Assembly: GCA_963768055.1 (NCBI GenBank)
Contig: CAVYGN010000002.1
Coordinates: 1,536,001-1,600,000, forward strand
Length of the DNA: 64,000 nucleotides
DNA from: an uncultured Spirochaetota bacterium
Lineage (GTDB): Bacteria; Spirochaetota; Brevinematia; Brevinematales; JAOACQ01
Reading direction: 5' to 3'
Every line of letters starts with the position of its first letter. The stretch's first letter is position 1. Under the pieces are notes generated by a model, which saw only the letters and a program-made list of their open reading frames with translations, did no database searches and was not told where the DNA came from. A program made the translations under genes and the position numbers. This document shows positions 30,498 through 42,251 of the stretch, in pieces.

Positions 30498-32344
30498 TTT
30501 ATTTCCTCCTCAATGGCTTCTTTTAATTCCTTCTTTTCTTTGGCTTTTTCAAAAATTGCCTGTCTCTGGTGGTAATATCCGATGGCAAAAAAACCCTGAT
30601 CTTCTAAACTGAATATTGTCGGTAATTCATTAAGCTTTGCAACCAACTCGCATAATTCCTGATCAAAAATTACTGCAAGTCCGGCTTTTTCACCCTTAAG
30701 CTTGGTCAAATGATTCTGTGTTTGTTTCATAATTCTTCCAAATGTCGAAGAAGGGGTTGTGGATGCCGATGAAAAATATCGTTCCCTGATTCCTGCATTA
30801 ATCTCTTTACCTAACGCCGCACGCTGAATGCTTTCCATTACTGAAAATATTTGTCCCCAAACATAAGCTGTTTTAGTGTTTCCCGGGTCTAACTTTACCT
30901 GAATCATAGGATAACCTCCTTTATTATTTCTATTTAATATCAATTTGATTAAAGCCGCGCGTTCCGGTGTTATGCCTTTATCATCTACCTGCGTCCGCTT
31001 TATTACTTCAGTCATAATCCAAAGGGGCGGAACGGAGTTTTTAAGTGCTGTATTCCAAAGATGAGAAGCAATTCTGGGAAGTGATGTATCATTATCAGCC
31101 TTATCGTTTTGACCACTTCTGGCCATTTCATAGAGACGAGAATAATGCACGACTGTATTCTTTAATTCCCAATCATATCTTACTATTTCAATATCTTTAA
31201 ACCATGAAGCAATTGACTTTTGGAAATCCTGCAAGCTTACCTCTATCCAGTCACGAACGGCAATCCTGGCCGCTGCACCAGAAAGGGTACAGGAATAAAA
31301 CCGGTCATCAGTTTCCAGATATTTACCAATACCAATCTCACCGGATGCTACAGAATTTATTAGGTTGGCGACTTCTCCTGTATTAGGCCGGTCAAGCAAA
31401 TCCATTTCGGATAGTTCTACATTATCTCTAGTCCAGAAAATCATCACGGTATCAAATCCTAATTTCTTGCGATTAGTATAACGAAAATCCTCTTTTACTT
31501 TCCTTTTTTTATCTTCAGTCTTAATTTTTTTTCCATTCGCCAATAAATAATTTAAACCTTCAACGTAAGTCCTGGCACAATTTGAACATATCGATGAGTT
31601 GTTATTTCCTTCTAATTCATAAGACTCAAAAGCATTAGCATTGTAAGATACAAGAGCACAGCCAGCTTTTTGGCCATCTGTAACATTTTTAATCATACCA
31701 TGTGGTTCATCTTCGACCGGATAATTTGACTTCCCACATAAGGAACAAACTTTTAAAGATGCGGACATTTTTTTGTTTTGATCATTTTCATAATTTTCAA
31801 TGATTTTTTTATAAACCGTAGGCTCTTCATGTACCCTGTTTCCCTTATTAATTAATCTAAAAGCAATATTCTCTGAGCGTTGTTTTTCTTCAATCTGTTT
31901 TTCATATAGTGATAAAGCTTTATCCAAACCGTTTGCCCGGTTTTCATTATAGAATGACAGAACAGATTTCAATTCAATTAACTCTTTGTAATCATTTATC
32001 TTTGAAAGAAACATCGTATGTTTACTTTCTACTGTTTTCAAATAAGCCGCAACTTTTATTTCCGCATTTACATCCTTCTTTAATACTTTTATCGTTTTGT
32101 TGTTAATCCACCCCAATACTTCTTCAGCTTTATCAAGTAAAAGCCTAGCCTTACCCTTTTTTGCAGTAATCGATTCTGCTTGTGTCATCCTTTTATCCAT
32201 AACTTCAAATCTCTCAAATGTTCCGTCCAGGCGAATAATAAGATCAATAGAAAACGGCTCGTCTTTAATAGCGTCGTGCACCAGTTTCTTACTGGCGTTT
32301 TCATTTCTGATTTTCTTACCTAGCTCACTTAATTCTTTAATCAT
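30494..32344 (-). CDS. cas8c: Type I-C Cas8c/Csd1 with fused small-subunit C-terminus
   Basis: CSLCG, LVSYNANAFESY, CSNC, AARIAVRDW, AYVWGQIF, QGFFAIGYYHQ. Confidence 0.92.
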   Translation of the reverse strand: MIKELSELGKKIRNENASKKLVHDAIKDEPFSIDLIIRLDGTFERFEVMDKRMTQAESITAKKGKARLLLDKAEEVLGWINNKTIKVLKKDVNAEIKVAAYLKTVESKHTMFLSKINDYKELIELKSVLSFYNENRANGLDKALSLYEKQIEEKQRSENIAFRLINKGNRVHEEPTVYKKIIENYENDQNKKMSASLKVCSLCGKSNYPVEDEPHGMIKNVTDGQKAGCALVSYNANAFESYELEGNNNSSICSNCARTYVEGLNYLLANGKKIKTEDKKRKVKEDFRYTNRKKLGFDTVMIFWTRDNVELSEMDLLDRPNTGEVANLINSVASGEIGIGKYLETDDRFYSCTLSGAAARIAVRDWIEVSLQDFQKSIASWFKDIEIVRYDWELKNTVVHYSRLYEMARSGQNDKADNDTSLPRIASHLWNTALKNSVPPLWIMTEVIKRTQVDDKGITPERAALIKLILNRNNKGGYPMIQVKLDPGNTKTAYVWGQIFSVMESIQRAALGKEINAGIRERYFSSASTTPSSTFGRIMKQTQNHLTKLKGEKAGLAVIFDQELCELVAKLNELPTIFSLEDQGFFAIGYYHQRQAIFEKAKEKKELKEAIEEEIK

Positions 32345-33066
32345 AATGCAGCCCTTTGTACCTCTTCATTTTCCTCAATTTGGTTGAAAGCGTATATTTT
32401 AGAAGATATTAAAGAATCTTCCGGTGGCCTAATATGGCTGGACAACATCATTTTATCGTTTTCCGGAACTTCACAGTTCATTATACCATTTTCAATTTTT
32501 ACATCATAGAAGAAGAGTGGGGAAGGTTTACCGGAATTATCATAGAAAATATCAAAGAGCATGCTTCCGATGGGAATAACTTCTTCTATTGTTTTTTCAG
32601 TTCCATCTGTTTCCATAAATTCAGCAGAAAATTCCCTTGTTCCCAGATATGGGCGTCGCCAGCACTGGCCTTTTTTTATGCGTCTTCGGAACATTTCCAC
32701 ATACTTTTTAGGAGGGTTTTTATCATTATATTCTTTCTGGAATATAGAAGCTTCAATAATATATTCGACATCCTTTAAAACAATGCTGTTTCTCTGGGCC
32801 CTTTTTTCCTCAATAATTATTGGATTTTCTCCCTGCTTTGAATTGATTTCATTCCGTTTCACAGAATAAAACCGCACTAATTTCAAAACAGAAATCCTTC
32901 TAACATACCAAATAAATTCCGGTTTCCATAATATTGAATCGAGAATACCACGCGCTGCGGAAGGTGTCATACATGGATAAGTCATTCTTTCCACTTTAAG
33001 ATCTGGACGTGTAAAACAGGCAAAATCACCTGTCAATTTGACTTTCACAATCTCTTTATCCAACAT
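32341..33066 (-). CDS. cas5: Type I-C Cas5c/Cas5d (crRNA processing)
   Basis: GDFACFTRPDLKVERMTY, TPSAARGI, WKP, LKDVEY, PYLGTREF. Confidence 0.95.
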   Translation of the reverse strand: MLDKEIVKVKLTGDFACFTRPDLKVERMTYPCMTPSAARGILDSILWKPEFIWYVRRISVLKLVRFYSVKRNEINSKQGENPIIIEEKRAQRNSIVLKDVEYIIEASIFQKEYNDKNPPKKYVEMFRRRIKKGQCWRRPYLGTREFSAEFMETDGTEKTIEEVIPIGSMLFDIFYDNSGKPSPLFFYDVKIENGIMNCEVPENDKMMLSSHIRPPEDSLISSKIYAFNQIEENEEVQRAAL

Positions 33067-33080
33067 AAACCCTCCTCCTA

Positions 33081-35255
33081 TTATACAATTAATATATCCG
33101 CTGTCATTGGTTCGACGGAAATTCCTGTTTCTCTGTTATAATTACCATACCAAATTTTAAAACCATGACGGTTTTCCTGATAATTTTCTTTGTTTTTTAT
33201 CAAAAAATCCGGATAAACTTGCACCATATAAGGCTGGATTTTTTCCCAGTCGTCCCGGTTCATATAAACCAGCTTATCCAGATCATTTGCAAGCTTGTTG
33301 CTTGCATCATTGTAATTATAAATAAAAAGTCCTTCAGTCGGTGTTTCGATCAGACGGTATGAGTTTGCTACTGTTTCAAAATTCATATCTTTTCGTGACT
33401 TATCGATATTTTTTGCATCAATATCTACAAAAAGGCTTACTACTTGATTGTAGTAGACCTCAAAAAATGAATGTTCATACAAGGGTGTAAGATTATCTCT
33501 GATTTTATCCATAACAAAATTCGCTAACGATCCATAGAGCCTGTCAGGCATTCTGCTGTCCAACAACCTGAATAAATAAACCTGGCCTTTTTCAGACATT
33601 TTCCCTTCCCGGTTACAACGTCCGGCAGATTGGATAATGGATTCAAGCGGCGCTATTTCACGGAAAACAAAAGGAAAATCGAAATCCACACCGGCTTCAA
33701 TAAGTTGAGTTGAGGAAACAATGATCTTTCTGTTATTTGCCAGATCTTCCCGGATCAATCGGATAACTTTTTTCCGATGATCCGGGCACATTCCTGTAGA
33801 TAAATGATAAAATTTATCAAAATTTCCAGCACTTTTTACATTATCAAAAAATAAACGTGCTGATTTCTTTGTATTGAAAACACAAAGGCAAGATTCTTTG
33901 TTTAAAGTTTCAGATACCAATTCTTCCAATGAAATTTCATCAAATCCCCGAATAATATTATAATCAACCCTGCGTAATTTATTAAATAACATCTCTGGGT
34001 TTTCAACTAAGGATTGAATGTTTTCAATGCCATCAAATCTATCGCGTTTTTCAAATGCCGGCAATGTTGCAGTACAAAATAAAAATGATGTATTCATAAT
34101 ATTTTGAATATTTTTCAGCATAGTCAATGTTGGTTGTATCAATTCTTTGGGAATGCTTTGCACTTCATCGAAGATCACAACTGATTCAGCTATATTATGT
34201 ATTTTTCTACACCGTGCAGGTTTATTACTGAATAACGTTTCGAAAAATTGAACAGTCGTTGTAACGATAACAGGATAATCCCAGTTTTCACAGGCGAGCC
34301 GCTTTGAATATTCAATTTCCTGTGTGTCTTCATCAGTACTTATTCCCTGATTGTAGCTTGAATGATGTTCTAATACCGCTTGATCTCCAAAAATGCCCTT
34401 AAGAATCTGCGCTGTCTGGTCAATAATGTTGATAAACGGCAGGACAACAATAACCCGTTTCAATTTATTCGCCTTTGCATGATTAAGAGCCCATAAAAAT
34501 GATGTTAATGTTTTGCCCATACCTGTTGGGAGGTTCATAGAATAAAAACCAATAGGTTTAGAGGCCTTCGAAATCGAATAATCTCGTGCCTGATTACGAA
34601 GTTTATTTAATTCACCATCTTTGGGTTTTTTATTTAATTCATCTTCCAGCAGATGGATCATAGCATCAATATTAAGTGTTTCTTTACTCCTTTTTATTTC
34701 ATCTTCCGGATGATAGAATGATTCGGTATTCAGCCAGTCTGCATCAGTCAAGGCGCTGAAAAGATAGCGGACAAACAATTCCCGTTCAAAAGATTTGCCT
34801 TCTTCATCCATATCTTTAAATTTAGGACTGCCAATTTCTAAATTTTGTTCCGGTAACTGTAATTCATTTATAAAGTTTTTATAATGTTCCGGATGTTTTT
34901 TTATTTCGACAGAATATTGATTCATATCATTTTTCCAGTCAGGTACATCAATCAAACCTTTGTGATGGCCATTTACAGCAAGAGAAATCTCGCGAAGATT
35001 CTTCTTTTTTGCCAGGGCAGCACCCCAAGAAGCATGTGGTACACTCCCCCGCCTGCCGCCATTTATTAAATAGTTTTGAAATTCCGGCTGATATTTGCCA
35101 AAATCATGAAGCACTCCTGCAATCCTAAAATTTTGGGCTTGTTCTTTGTTTATAGCAAATGATTCTGCAATTTCAGATGTTTTTTTTAAATGTTCTGATA
35201 GAAGCTGCCATTCAGATTCTTGAGTATTTTCTTTTGTATGGGCATAGAATATCAT
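33081..35255 (-). CDS. cas3: Cas3 HD nuclease-helicase
   Basis: YAH...EHL, LHDFGK, HH, LTDADW, PTGMGKT, DEVQ, TAT, QSAGRCNREG. ATG 35255 follows AGGTG. Confidence 0.95.
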   Translation of the reverse strand: MIFYAHTKENTQESEWQLLSEHLKKTSEIAESFAINKEQAQNFRIAGVLHDFGKYQPEFQNYLINGGRRGSVPHASWGAALAKKKNLREISLAVNGHHKGLIDVPDWKNDMNQYSVEIKKHPEHYKNFINELQLPEQNLEIGSPKFKDMDEEGKSFERELFVRYLFSALTDADWLNTESFYHPEDEIKRSKETLNIDAMIHLLEDELNKKPKDGELNKLRNQARDYSISKASKPIGFYSMNLPTGMGKTLTSFLWALNHAKANKLKRVIVVLPFINIIDQTAQILKGIFGDQAVLEHHSSYNQGISTDEDTQEIEYSKRLACENWDYPVIVTTTVQFFETLFSNKPARCRKIHNIAESVVIFDEVQSIPKELIQPTLTMLKNIQNIMNTSFLFCTATLPAFEKRDRFDGIENIQSLVENPEMLFNKLRRVDYNIIRGFDEISLEELVSETLNKESCLCVFNTKKSARLFFDNVKSAGNFDKFYHLSTGMCPDHRKKVIRLIREDLANNRKIIVSSTQLIEAGVDFDFPFVFREIAPLESIIQSAGRCNREGKMSEKGQVYLFRLLDSRMPDRLYGSLANFVMDKIRDNLTPLYEHSFFEVYYNQVVSLFVDIDAKNIDKSRKDMNFETVANSYRLIETPTEGLFIYNYNDASNKLANDLDKLVYMNRDDWEKIQPYMVQVYPDFLIKNKENYQENRHGFKIWYGNYNRETGISVEPMTADILIV

Positions 35256-35273
35256 ATTCGTTAACACCTATAA

Positions 35274-35311
35274 GGCCCAGTACAAGCATCCGTGCTATTT
35301 ACTGAAAAGTA
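35274..35311 (+). repeat. Internal degenerate copy of the 38-bp IR
   Basis: GGCCCAGTACAAGCATCCGTGCTATTTACTGAAAAGTA, 30/38 ungapped match to 26899-26936. Confidence 0.85.
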
Positions 35312-35315
35312 GGGC

Positions 35316-35981
35316 CTAATTTATTCCCAGTATTATATTGGATTTTCTGATACTATCCTGTATGTCTTTATTCGAGTATTTCAAATATACCAATGTATTC
35401 ATAATGTTTGCATGGCCCAGGATTGTTTTTACCTGGACTAGATTAACGCCGCTATTTAACAGCTGTATTGCCCTGGAATGTCTTAAGGTATGAAGATGGG
35501 CCAGGTCCTGATACTCCGTTCCCAGGATTGAAACAATATATTTTTTTAACGCCTTGTTGGCAGCCTGAATGGAAATCGGCTTGTTTCCTGAATTTTTAGC
35601 AAAAAGATAATCTGTTTTGATAAGTATTTTTAATTTTTCATACATCAGGATCCGGTTGATCAGAGAATTCGAAAGAGTAAGGACGCGCACTATGTTTTTA
35701 TTTCTTCTTTTCAACGTGGCCAGTTTTACTGTTTTGTTATAGAAATCGATATCATGAATTTTTACTTGAAGGACCTCGCTGATCCTGGCGCCGGTTTCAA
35801 AGGAAAATGAAAAAAGCATCTTATGGAATTCGTTAGTGATTCCATCGAGTAATTTAATAATCTCTGATTCATTAAGGTACTTTATCTCTTCTTCATAGTA
35901 ATTTTTCCAGGATGATTTATACTCCACAAGTTCAGTTTTGTTATGCTTAAGCTTTTTATTTTCATAAATTACTGCATGCAT
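35316..35981 (-). CDS. Short tyrosine recombinase (catalytic domain only), putative cointegrate resolvase
   Basis: ETGARISE, TLKRR, HTLRHS, LGHA, LVY give the R-K-H-R-H-Y set. GAGGTGG RBS before ATG 35981. Divergent from tnpA. Confidence 0.88.
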   Translation of the reverse strand: MHAVIYENKKLKHNKTELVEYKSSWKNYYEEEIKYLNESEIIKLLDGITNEFHKMLFSFSFETGARISEVLQVKIHDIDFYNKTVKLATLKRRNKNIVRVLTLSNSLINRILMYEKLKILIKTDYLFAKNSGNKPISIQAANKALKKYIVSILGTEYQDLAHLHTLRHSRAIQLLNSGVNLVQVKTILGHANIMNTLVYLKYSNKDIQDSIRKSNIILGIN

Positions 35982-36148
35982 TAGCCCACCTCGCTGGTTA
36001 AACTTAAATTGTAAATGAAACTTTCCGATAATAATTTTATCGTTTTCAAGCAAAATATGGAAGAAAATCGGGTTAAAAAAATTAGAAAAGTTTAACTTAT
36101 AATATGTTTCTTAAACTTTTTCATGATAAATTAAATTCGGGGGTTTAC

Positions 36149-39118
36149 ATGAAAAAAAACTGGGAATTGGATGAATTAATCGAACATTTTACCTTTCTTC
36201 CAAACGAGCTTTCACTTATAGGCAACAAAACAGGAGAGACCAGACTCGGTTTTGCAGTCATCTTTAAGTATTTTCAACAAGAGGCCATATTTCCGAATTC
36301 AAAATCAGATATTCCAAAGGTTGTTATTGATTATATATCCAAACAAGTAAAAGTCGCTGGAGACCTATATGATAAATACGATATCAATAGCAGAACCTTC
36401 TTTAATCATAAAGCACAAATAAGGAAATTTTTCGGGTTTCGAGAACCAACTACAAGGGATACGAATGAAATGGCCACATGGCTTGAAAAGCAAGTCCTTT
36501 ATAACAATTTTGTTTTAGACCGAATAAAGGTTGAAGCATACAAACACTTCCGGGAATTACATATCGAGCCGCCTACTGACGAAAGAGTTGACCGTTTAAC
36601 TAGGTCGGCTATAGCTTCTTTTGAAAACCAATTTTTCAGAGATATTTACCAAAAGATACCCACTGAGTGCTTGTCAAAGATGGATTTATTGATTAATAAC
36701 CTTACATCATACGATGAAAACGAACAAGATTACAGTATTAATAAAGAAGTTATTTCTTTTAGCGACCTGCGTAACGATCCTGGTCGAGTCGGTTTGGAAA
36801 GCGTTTTTAAAGAATTGGGTAAGCTCCAGACGATCCGGCAATTGGGATTACCTGTAGATCTGTTCAACAATATCCCCCAAAAGGTGCTGAATAGATATAA
36901 ATTCCGGGCTGTTTCAGAAAAGCTTCCGGAACTTCGCCGGCATCCCGAACAACTCAGATATACGATCCTGGCTGCCTTTTTTTGGGTCAGGGGCAGAGAG
37001 ATAACCGATAATTTAATTGAATTACTAATCCATATTATTCATCATATCGGGGTCAGGGCCGAAAATAAAGTTGAAAAAGAACTTATTGATGATTTCAGAC
37101 GAGTCAATGGCAAAACAAATATTCTTTTCCAGATGGCTGATGCAGCCCTTGATAATCCAGATGGTATAGTCAGGCAAGTACTGTTTCCAGTCGTCGGTGA
37201 AAACACATTAAAAGCATTGGTAAAAGAGTATAAAAGCACCGGCTCAGCATATCAACTGAAAGTATATACGATAATGAGAGCATCTTATAGCCGTCATTAT
37301 CGCCGGATGGTTCCTGAATTACTCGATAATCTTACCTTCTGTTCTAATAATGATGTTTACAAGCCTATAATAAGGGCTTTGGATTTAATTAGGAAATATA
37401 ATGAATATGGGACAAGGTTCTTTGCAGATTTTGAAGACATTCCTATCGATAATGTAATTAAGACCTCAATGAAGGAGTTGATAATCGAGAAAGATAATAA
37501 ACGTCAGGAACGCATTAACCGAATCAATTATGAAATAGTAGTTTTACAGGCGCTTCGGGATAAACTACGTTGTAAGGAGATATGGGTTGTTGGGGCTGGA
37601 AGGTATAGGAATCCCGATGAAGATTTACCTATCGATTTTGAAGAACACCGGGAAGAACACTACAGGGCCTTAAAACAGCCTTTAAATCCATCTGAATTCA
37701 TTGATAAAATCCGCCAAAATATGATTGCTGGATTATCAAAACTCGATGCAGGTATGCCTAAAAATACTAAAGTCCAGATTACCAAAAGAGGTAATGGATG
37801 GATAAAAGTCTCTCCTATTGAGGCCCAGCCGGAACCTTTAAACCTCGCAATGCTCAAAACCGAAATAACAAGACTATGGCCTATGACAAATCTTCTCGAT
37901 GTGCTTAAGGAAGCCGATCTAAGGCTCAATTTTACAGATCATTTTAAAACAATGGCCGCTCATGAAAGATTAGACAGAACTTTAATCCAAAAACGTTTAA
38001 TATTGACTTTGTATGGAATGGGAACGAATACGGGTCTAAAACGAATAGCGGCTGGAAATCGTGGTGAAACCCATCAGGACCTGTTTTATGTCCGGAGAAA
38101 ATTCATCAATAAGGATAACTTGAGAGATTCCATATCATCAGTGGTTAACTCCATCCTTAAAGTCCGAGTTAAAGACGTTTGGGGAGATGGGACTACAACC
38201 TGTGCCTCAGATTCAAAAAAGGTAGGAGCATGGGACCAAAACCTGATGACTGAATGGCATATACGTTATAGAGGACGAGGTGTAATGATCTATTGGCATG
38301 TTGAGAAAAAATCTGCTTGTATTTATTCTCAATTAAAAGCATGTTCTTCATCTGAAGTGGCTGCCATGATAGAAGGGCTTTTAAAGCATTGCACTGATAT
38401 AAATATCGAAAAGAATTTTGTTGATACTCATGGCCAAAGCGAGGTTGCTTTTGCTTTTTGCCATCTTCTCGGATTTAACCTTATGCCCAGGTTTAAAAAC
38501 ATTGGCAGTCAAAAGCTTTACAGGCCAGATTCTGGTATGGCAGACTCCTACCAAAATTTACAGCCGGTATTAACACGGCCAATTAACTGGGAGCTTATAC
38601 GTCAGCAGTATGACCAAATGGTAAAATATGCTACAGCTCTGCGTTTGGGAACAGCCGAGACTGAAGCGATCCTGAAACGGTTTACCAGGAATAACTTAAA
38701 ACATCCCACTTATCTCGCTTTTGCCGAACTTGGAAAGGCCATAAAAACTATATTTATCTGCGAGTATTTGAATTCCGAAGAACTTCGACGCGAAATTCAT
38801 GAAGGACTTAATGTTATTGAAAATTGGAACTCCGCCAATTCTTTTATTTTCTATGGTAAGGGAGGCGAGATCTCAACCAACAGGATAGAGGATCAGGAAC
38901 TAGCAATTTTATGCCTTCATCTGCTGCAAAATTGCCTAGTTTATATCAACACGCTTATGATTCAACAAATATTATCTCAAAATAAATGGCATGATTTAAT
39001 GACAGCAGAAGATTTCAGGGCGCTTACGCCGCTTATTTATAATCACATTAATCCTTATGGGCATTTTAACCTGGATATGAATGAAAGAATTCCTATAGAG
39101 ACTGATATTGCTGCTTAA
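36149..39118 (+). CDS. tnpA: Tn3-family transposase, apparently intact
   Basis: About 990 aa; [41 protein letters not shown]. Stop lies 7 bp inside the right IR. Confidence 0.95.
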   Translation: MKKNWELDELIEHFTFLPNELSLIGNKTGETRLGFAVIFKYFQQEAIFPNSKSDIPKVVIDYISKQVKVAGDLYDKYDINSRTFFNHKAQIRKFFGFREPTTRDTNEMATWLEKQVLYNNFVLDRIKVEAYKHFRELHIEPPTDERVDRLTRSAIASFENQFFRDIYQKIPTECLSKMDLLINNLTSYDENEQDYSINKEVISFSDLRNDPGRVGLESVFKELGKLQTIRQLGLPVDLFNNIPQKVLNRYKFRAVSEKLPELRRHPEQLRYTILAAFFWVRGREITDNLIELLIHIIHHIGVRAENKVEKELIDDFRRVNGKTNILFQMADAALDNPDGIVRQVLFPVVGENTLKALVKEYKSTGSAYQLKVYTIMRASYSRHYRRMVPELLDNLTFCSNNDVYKPIIRALDLIRKYNEYGTRFFADFEDIPIDNVIKTSMKELIIEKDNKRQERINRINYEIVVLQALRDKLRCKEIWVVGAGRYRNPDEDLPIDFEEHREEHYRALKQPLNPSEFIDKIRQNMIAGLSKLDAGMPKNTKVQITKRGNGWIKVSPIEAQPEPLNLAMLKTEITRLWPMTNLLDVLKEADLRLNFTDHFKTMAAHERLDRTLIQKRLILTLYGMGTNTGLKRIAAGNRGETHQDLFYVRRKFINKDNLRDSISSVVNSILKVRVKDVWGDGTTTCASDSKKVGAWDQNLMTEWHIRYRGRGVMIYWHVEKKSACIYSQLKACSSSEVAAMIEGLLKHCTDINIEKNFVDTHGQSEVAFAFCHLLGFNLMPRFKNIGSQKLYRPDSGMADSYQNLQPVLTRPINWELIRQQYDQMVKYATALRLGTAETEAILKRFTRNNLKHPTYLAFAELGKAIKTIFICEYLNSEELRREIHEGLNVIENWNSANSFIFYGKGGEISTNRIEDQELAILCLHLLQNCLVYINTLMIQQILSQNKWHDLMTAEDFRALTPLIYNHINPYGHFNLDMNERIPIETDIAA

Positions 39119-39125
39119 TACAATC

Positions 39126-39163
39126 TACTTTTCAGTACATAACACGAATGCTCCCATGGGGCC
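39126..39163 (-). repeat. Right 38-bp IR
   Basis: Exact reverse complement of 26899-26936. Confidence 0.92.
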
Positions 39164-41338
39164 TACAAGAGTATAATCAACAACCCCCTTTCTAAGCCCA
39201 AAATATTTGGGTGAATGGCGGGAATTGATAGTATTAATCCGGGTCTCATATTTCTGACCATCGCTGCTGGAATGAATAACTTCATCAATATCGTAATACC
39301 TGAAGATCGGCAGATTGGCTGTAGCGTTGCTGACACGGTCGTTTGCTTCTTTCAGGGTTTCCAGGCGAATGAAATTATCTGACGCGGCAGCAAGCGTGGA
39401 ATAGCTGATATCTGAAGTTTCCCCCATCGTCCCCAATCCCATGTTGGTTCCCCAGGCAATTATGCAGGCAACAAGGATACGGTTGTCCCCAACTTGCTTT
39501 GTATAGCGCCCCAGGACGTGCTCAAATACTTCAAGAAACTGGCAATGCTGGTTAACAAAATGCATGACGCTCCCAAGTTCAATCTGCTTTAACGCGTCAA
39601 AAAACGGGTTGTTTATAGATTCATCGTCATCATCATTGGAATATTGAAGCACCCAACGGCTTTGTTTTCCACGTTTATTGATTTTGAAATGTTCATTTTC
39701 TCCGGATGCGATACGCCGGTTGACCTCTGCAATTCGGGATTCAAGCTTTTGTTCAAGTTCTGCCAAATGTTCCCTGACAGGTCGATCAAAGATAGTAAGG
39801 CTAATATCGGATATCAGTTTTTCTTTATTCTGCCATTGCTGGTCGTCTATCAGATCATCTTCAAGGCTCCGGAACCGTACGCTCTCACGGCAAAAGATAT
39901 CGCCGGCTTCCAGACTGTTTCGCAAAAGGCGATAAACCTGAAATTCATAGCGGTCCGGCGATACAATATTTTGATGGTAGATATAACGCTTTACACTGTC
40001 AGAAATATACTGGGTTGGCAAAGTTTCTGAAGAATATTGTCCAAGTGGCTTGTTTTTGATAAACGCCAGTTTTATGAAGTCAATAGCCTCAATCAGTGAA
40101 TCATTCGTCAAGGGGGACGCAAAATCAACCATTAGTAATATTTGCCGCAGGTGTCGTTTAAACTGCAGGGACAGTTTATCTATGTGCTCCCATTGCAAGG
40201 CAGTTTCATCGAATTTTGCATCGGTAGTAATTTGATAGGCTAAAGTCTCAAGCTTTTGCTGCTCCAGGATAGCAAATGCTATTTCCTGGACATAATGGAA
40301 AGGTGTGTCAGCCGCAATACTATCATCGGTGAATATCTTAAGCACCTGGCCGGCCTTTTTCAAGTTCTGGTTGTTTTCCACCAAATACTCATATACCCGT
40401 TCCTTAGCCGCGAATTTTGAAGCATCTACGTAACTCCTGACATTGTAAATAAGGGTGTTAATAAGGTTGTCATGCACCTGCTGAAAACGATGATAGATGT
40501 AACATAATAAATAGACATAGACCAGCCACTCATTAAGTCTCTTTAGCCTAAACACAGAGTAATAGTCTATCAATGAGGCATAGTATTTAATGCTTTCGTT
40601 AGAAATGCCCAATTCCGGCAATAGCTTTTGAATAAGCCGATACAAAGGCTGTATTCGTTTGCCCCGGTCAATCTCACGGTTGATTTCGCCAAGGGTAAAA
40701 TCTCTTGGTTCGTGTTTAAGTTGCGTGATCTCATATAAACCGGTTGAATCTTCTAACAGCCGTTTCATATCTTCAATATCCGATTGCTTTAGGTTATTCC
40801 GCATTATTGTGATTAAACGGGCTTGTTCATAAGTGATTGCCCTTCCTATCATTACCCTCATGTATCTGTAGCCGGGAACCACGATACGTTGACTGTTTAA
40901 ATAATTCATGATTTCACGGAAAATATAGACCGGTTTACTGCAGAGCGCTGCTGCCCTACGCGCTTTTTCCTCCAGATTCTTCCTTTCTTCAGAATCACAA
41001 TCACGATAATTGAACAGTTTAAGAATAAAATTCTGCTGTTTTAGCCGAGTATCTTTATCAATTGGACTAAAATCAATGATTTCATTGTTGCTGAAATGTT
41101 GTCTCAGCACATACTGGGAATCCTCTGCAACTTCATTGAAATTGAATGTAAAAAATAAATGCTTTGCTTTAAAATACCCGAGTTGTAGAACGAAATAAGC
41201 CCGGGATCTGATGGAATGTAACATCTGTAACAACTCTTTCTCTGGTTGAGTTAGGGAAAAATAACTATGCCTCTCCTCATCCGTAAAACAGGGTCTGCCA
41301 TAAATGGCTTCTACTTCATCTTCTCCAAGTATTTTCAA
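39164..41338 (-). pseudogene. tnpA: Tn3-family transposase truncated in the DDE domain by the neighbouring element's IR
   Basis: Tn3 motifs up to HSSSDGQKYE...KYFG...GVVDYTLV, after which the frame reads into the IR (GPMGAFVLCTEK*). About 720 aa, against about 1000 for a full TnpA. Confidence 0.88.
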
Positions 41339-41415
41339 TAGTTTTTGTTCGGCGTCTGGTCCGTTTTGAATATTAATCGTATCCGTATTTATATTACCCT
41401 CTCTACCAGATAACG

Positions 41416-42060
41416 CTAATTCAGCCCCAACTTCAAATTTGCCCTCTGTACGGCCTCCGTTATCTGCTTGTTGGAGAATTTAACATAGATTAATGTAGAA
41501 GCGAGGCTACGGTGGCCCAAAAAGTCCTTCAACCGCACCACGTCGATCTCCCCGGATTCCAGAAGCTGGATCGCCCTGGTATGCCTCCATGTATGTGGTT
41601 TTGCCTTATCCGGTTCAATTCCAAGGTCCCGGCAATGCCGGAGCATGGATTGTCTCACGACCTGGCGGGAGACGGCCTTTTGTCCGGGGCCTTGAGCAAG
41701 GATATAATCCGAGGGGGATAGTCCTTTTTCCAGCTGGTGCTTGAGTATCATGGCTTTCAGCTTGTCTGATATCACAAGGACCCGGAATGCCGAACGGCGC
41801 TGCTTAAGAGTTGTGACTTTGATTTTGTTTGACTTGAAATCCATATCCTTGATCCGTATTTCCCGCGCCTCCTGGATCCTGCAGGCTGTCTCGAAAAGCA
41901 GGAGGTATACAAGCTGATACCAGGCGTTTACAGAAGCAAGCAGCCTTTCAGCCTCATCCATCGAGAAATACTTGATGGTTTCCCCGTCATACCAGTCGCC
42001 CTGTTCCTCATCGGGTTTTTTCAGAGAAACGGCCGTCTTCCGGATTGTTAGTTCTGGCAT
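41416..42060 (-). CDS. Short tyrosine recombinase, homologous to 35316-35981
   Basis: ETACRIQE, TLKQR, HTWRHTRAIQLL, LGHR, LIY. Shares RHxRAIQLL and YxKxSNKxI with the first recombinase. Confidence 0.88.
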   Translation of the reverse strand: MPELTIRKTAVSLKKPDEEQGDWYDGETIKYFSMDEAERLLASVNAWYQLVYLLLFETACRIQEAREIRIKDMDFKSNKIKVTTLKQRRSAFRVLVISDKLKAMILKHQLEKGLSPSDYILAQGPGQKAVSRQVVRQSMLRHCRDLGIEPDKAKPHTWRHTRAIQLLESGEIDVVRLKDFLGHRSLASTLIYVKFSNKQITEAVQRANLKLGLN

Positions 42061-42068
42061 ATTCCCTC

Positions 42069-42251
42069 TTATACAGCTTTATTATTTGAGAGTACTGCAT
42101 CGACAAATTTCCAGCCATCGGCTTTCAGTTTCTTTTCGTTCGCCTGGATACGCTCGGCGAATTTGTCCCAGTCGTTCCCGCATTCTTCCTGTATTTTCCT
42201 GCCAGCGTTCCTCATTTCATCGACAATAGGGTCGTTATTAAGATATTTCAT
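42069..42251 (-). CDS. Small putative antitoxin partner of the PIN protein
   Basis: NDPIVDEMRNAG...GNDW pattern; overlaps the PIN gene end. Confidence 0.6.
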   Translation of the reverse strand: MKYLNNDPIVDEMRNAGRKIQEECGNDWDKFAERIQANEKKLKADGWKFVDAVLSNNKAV

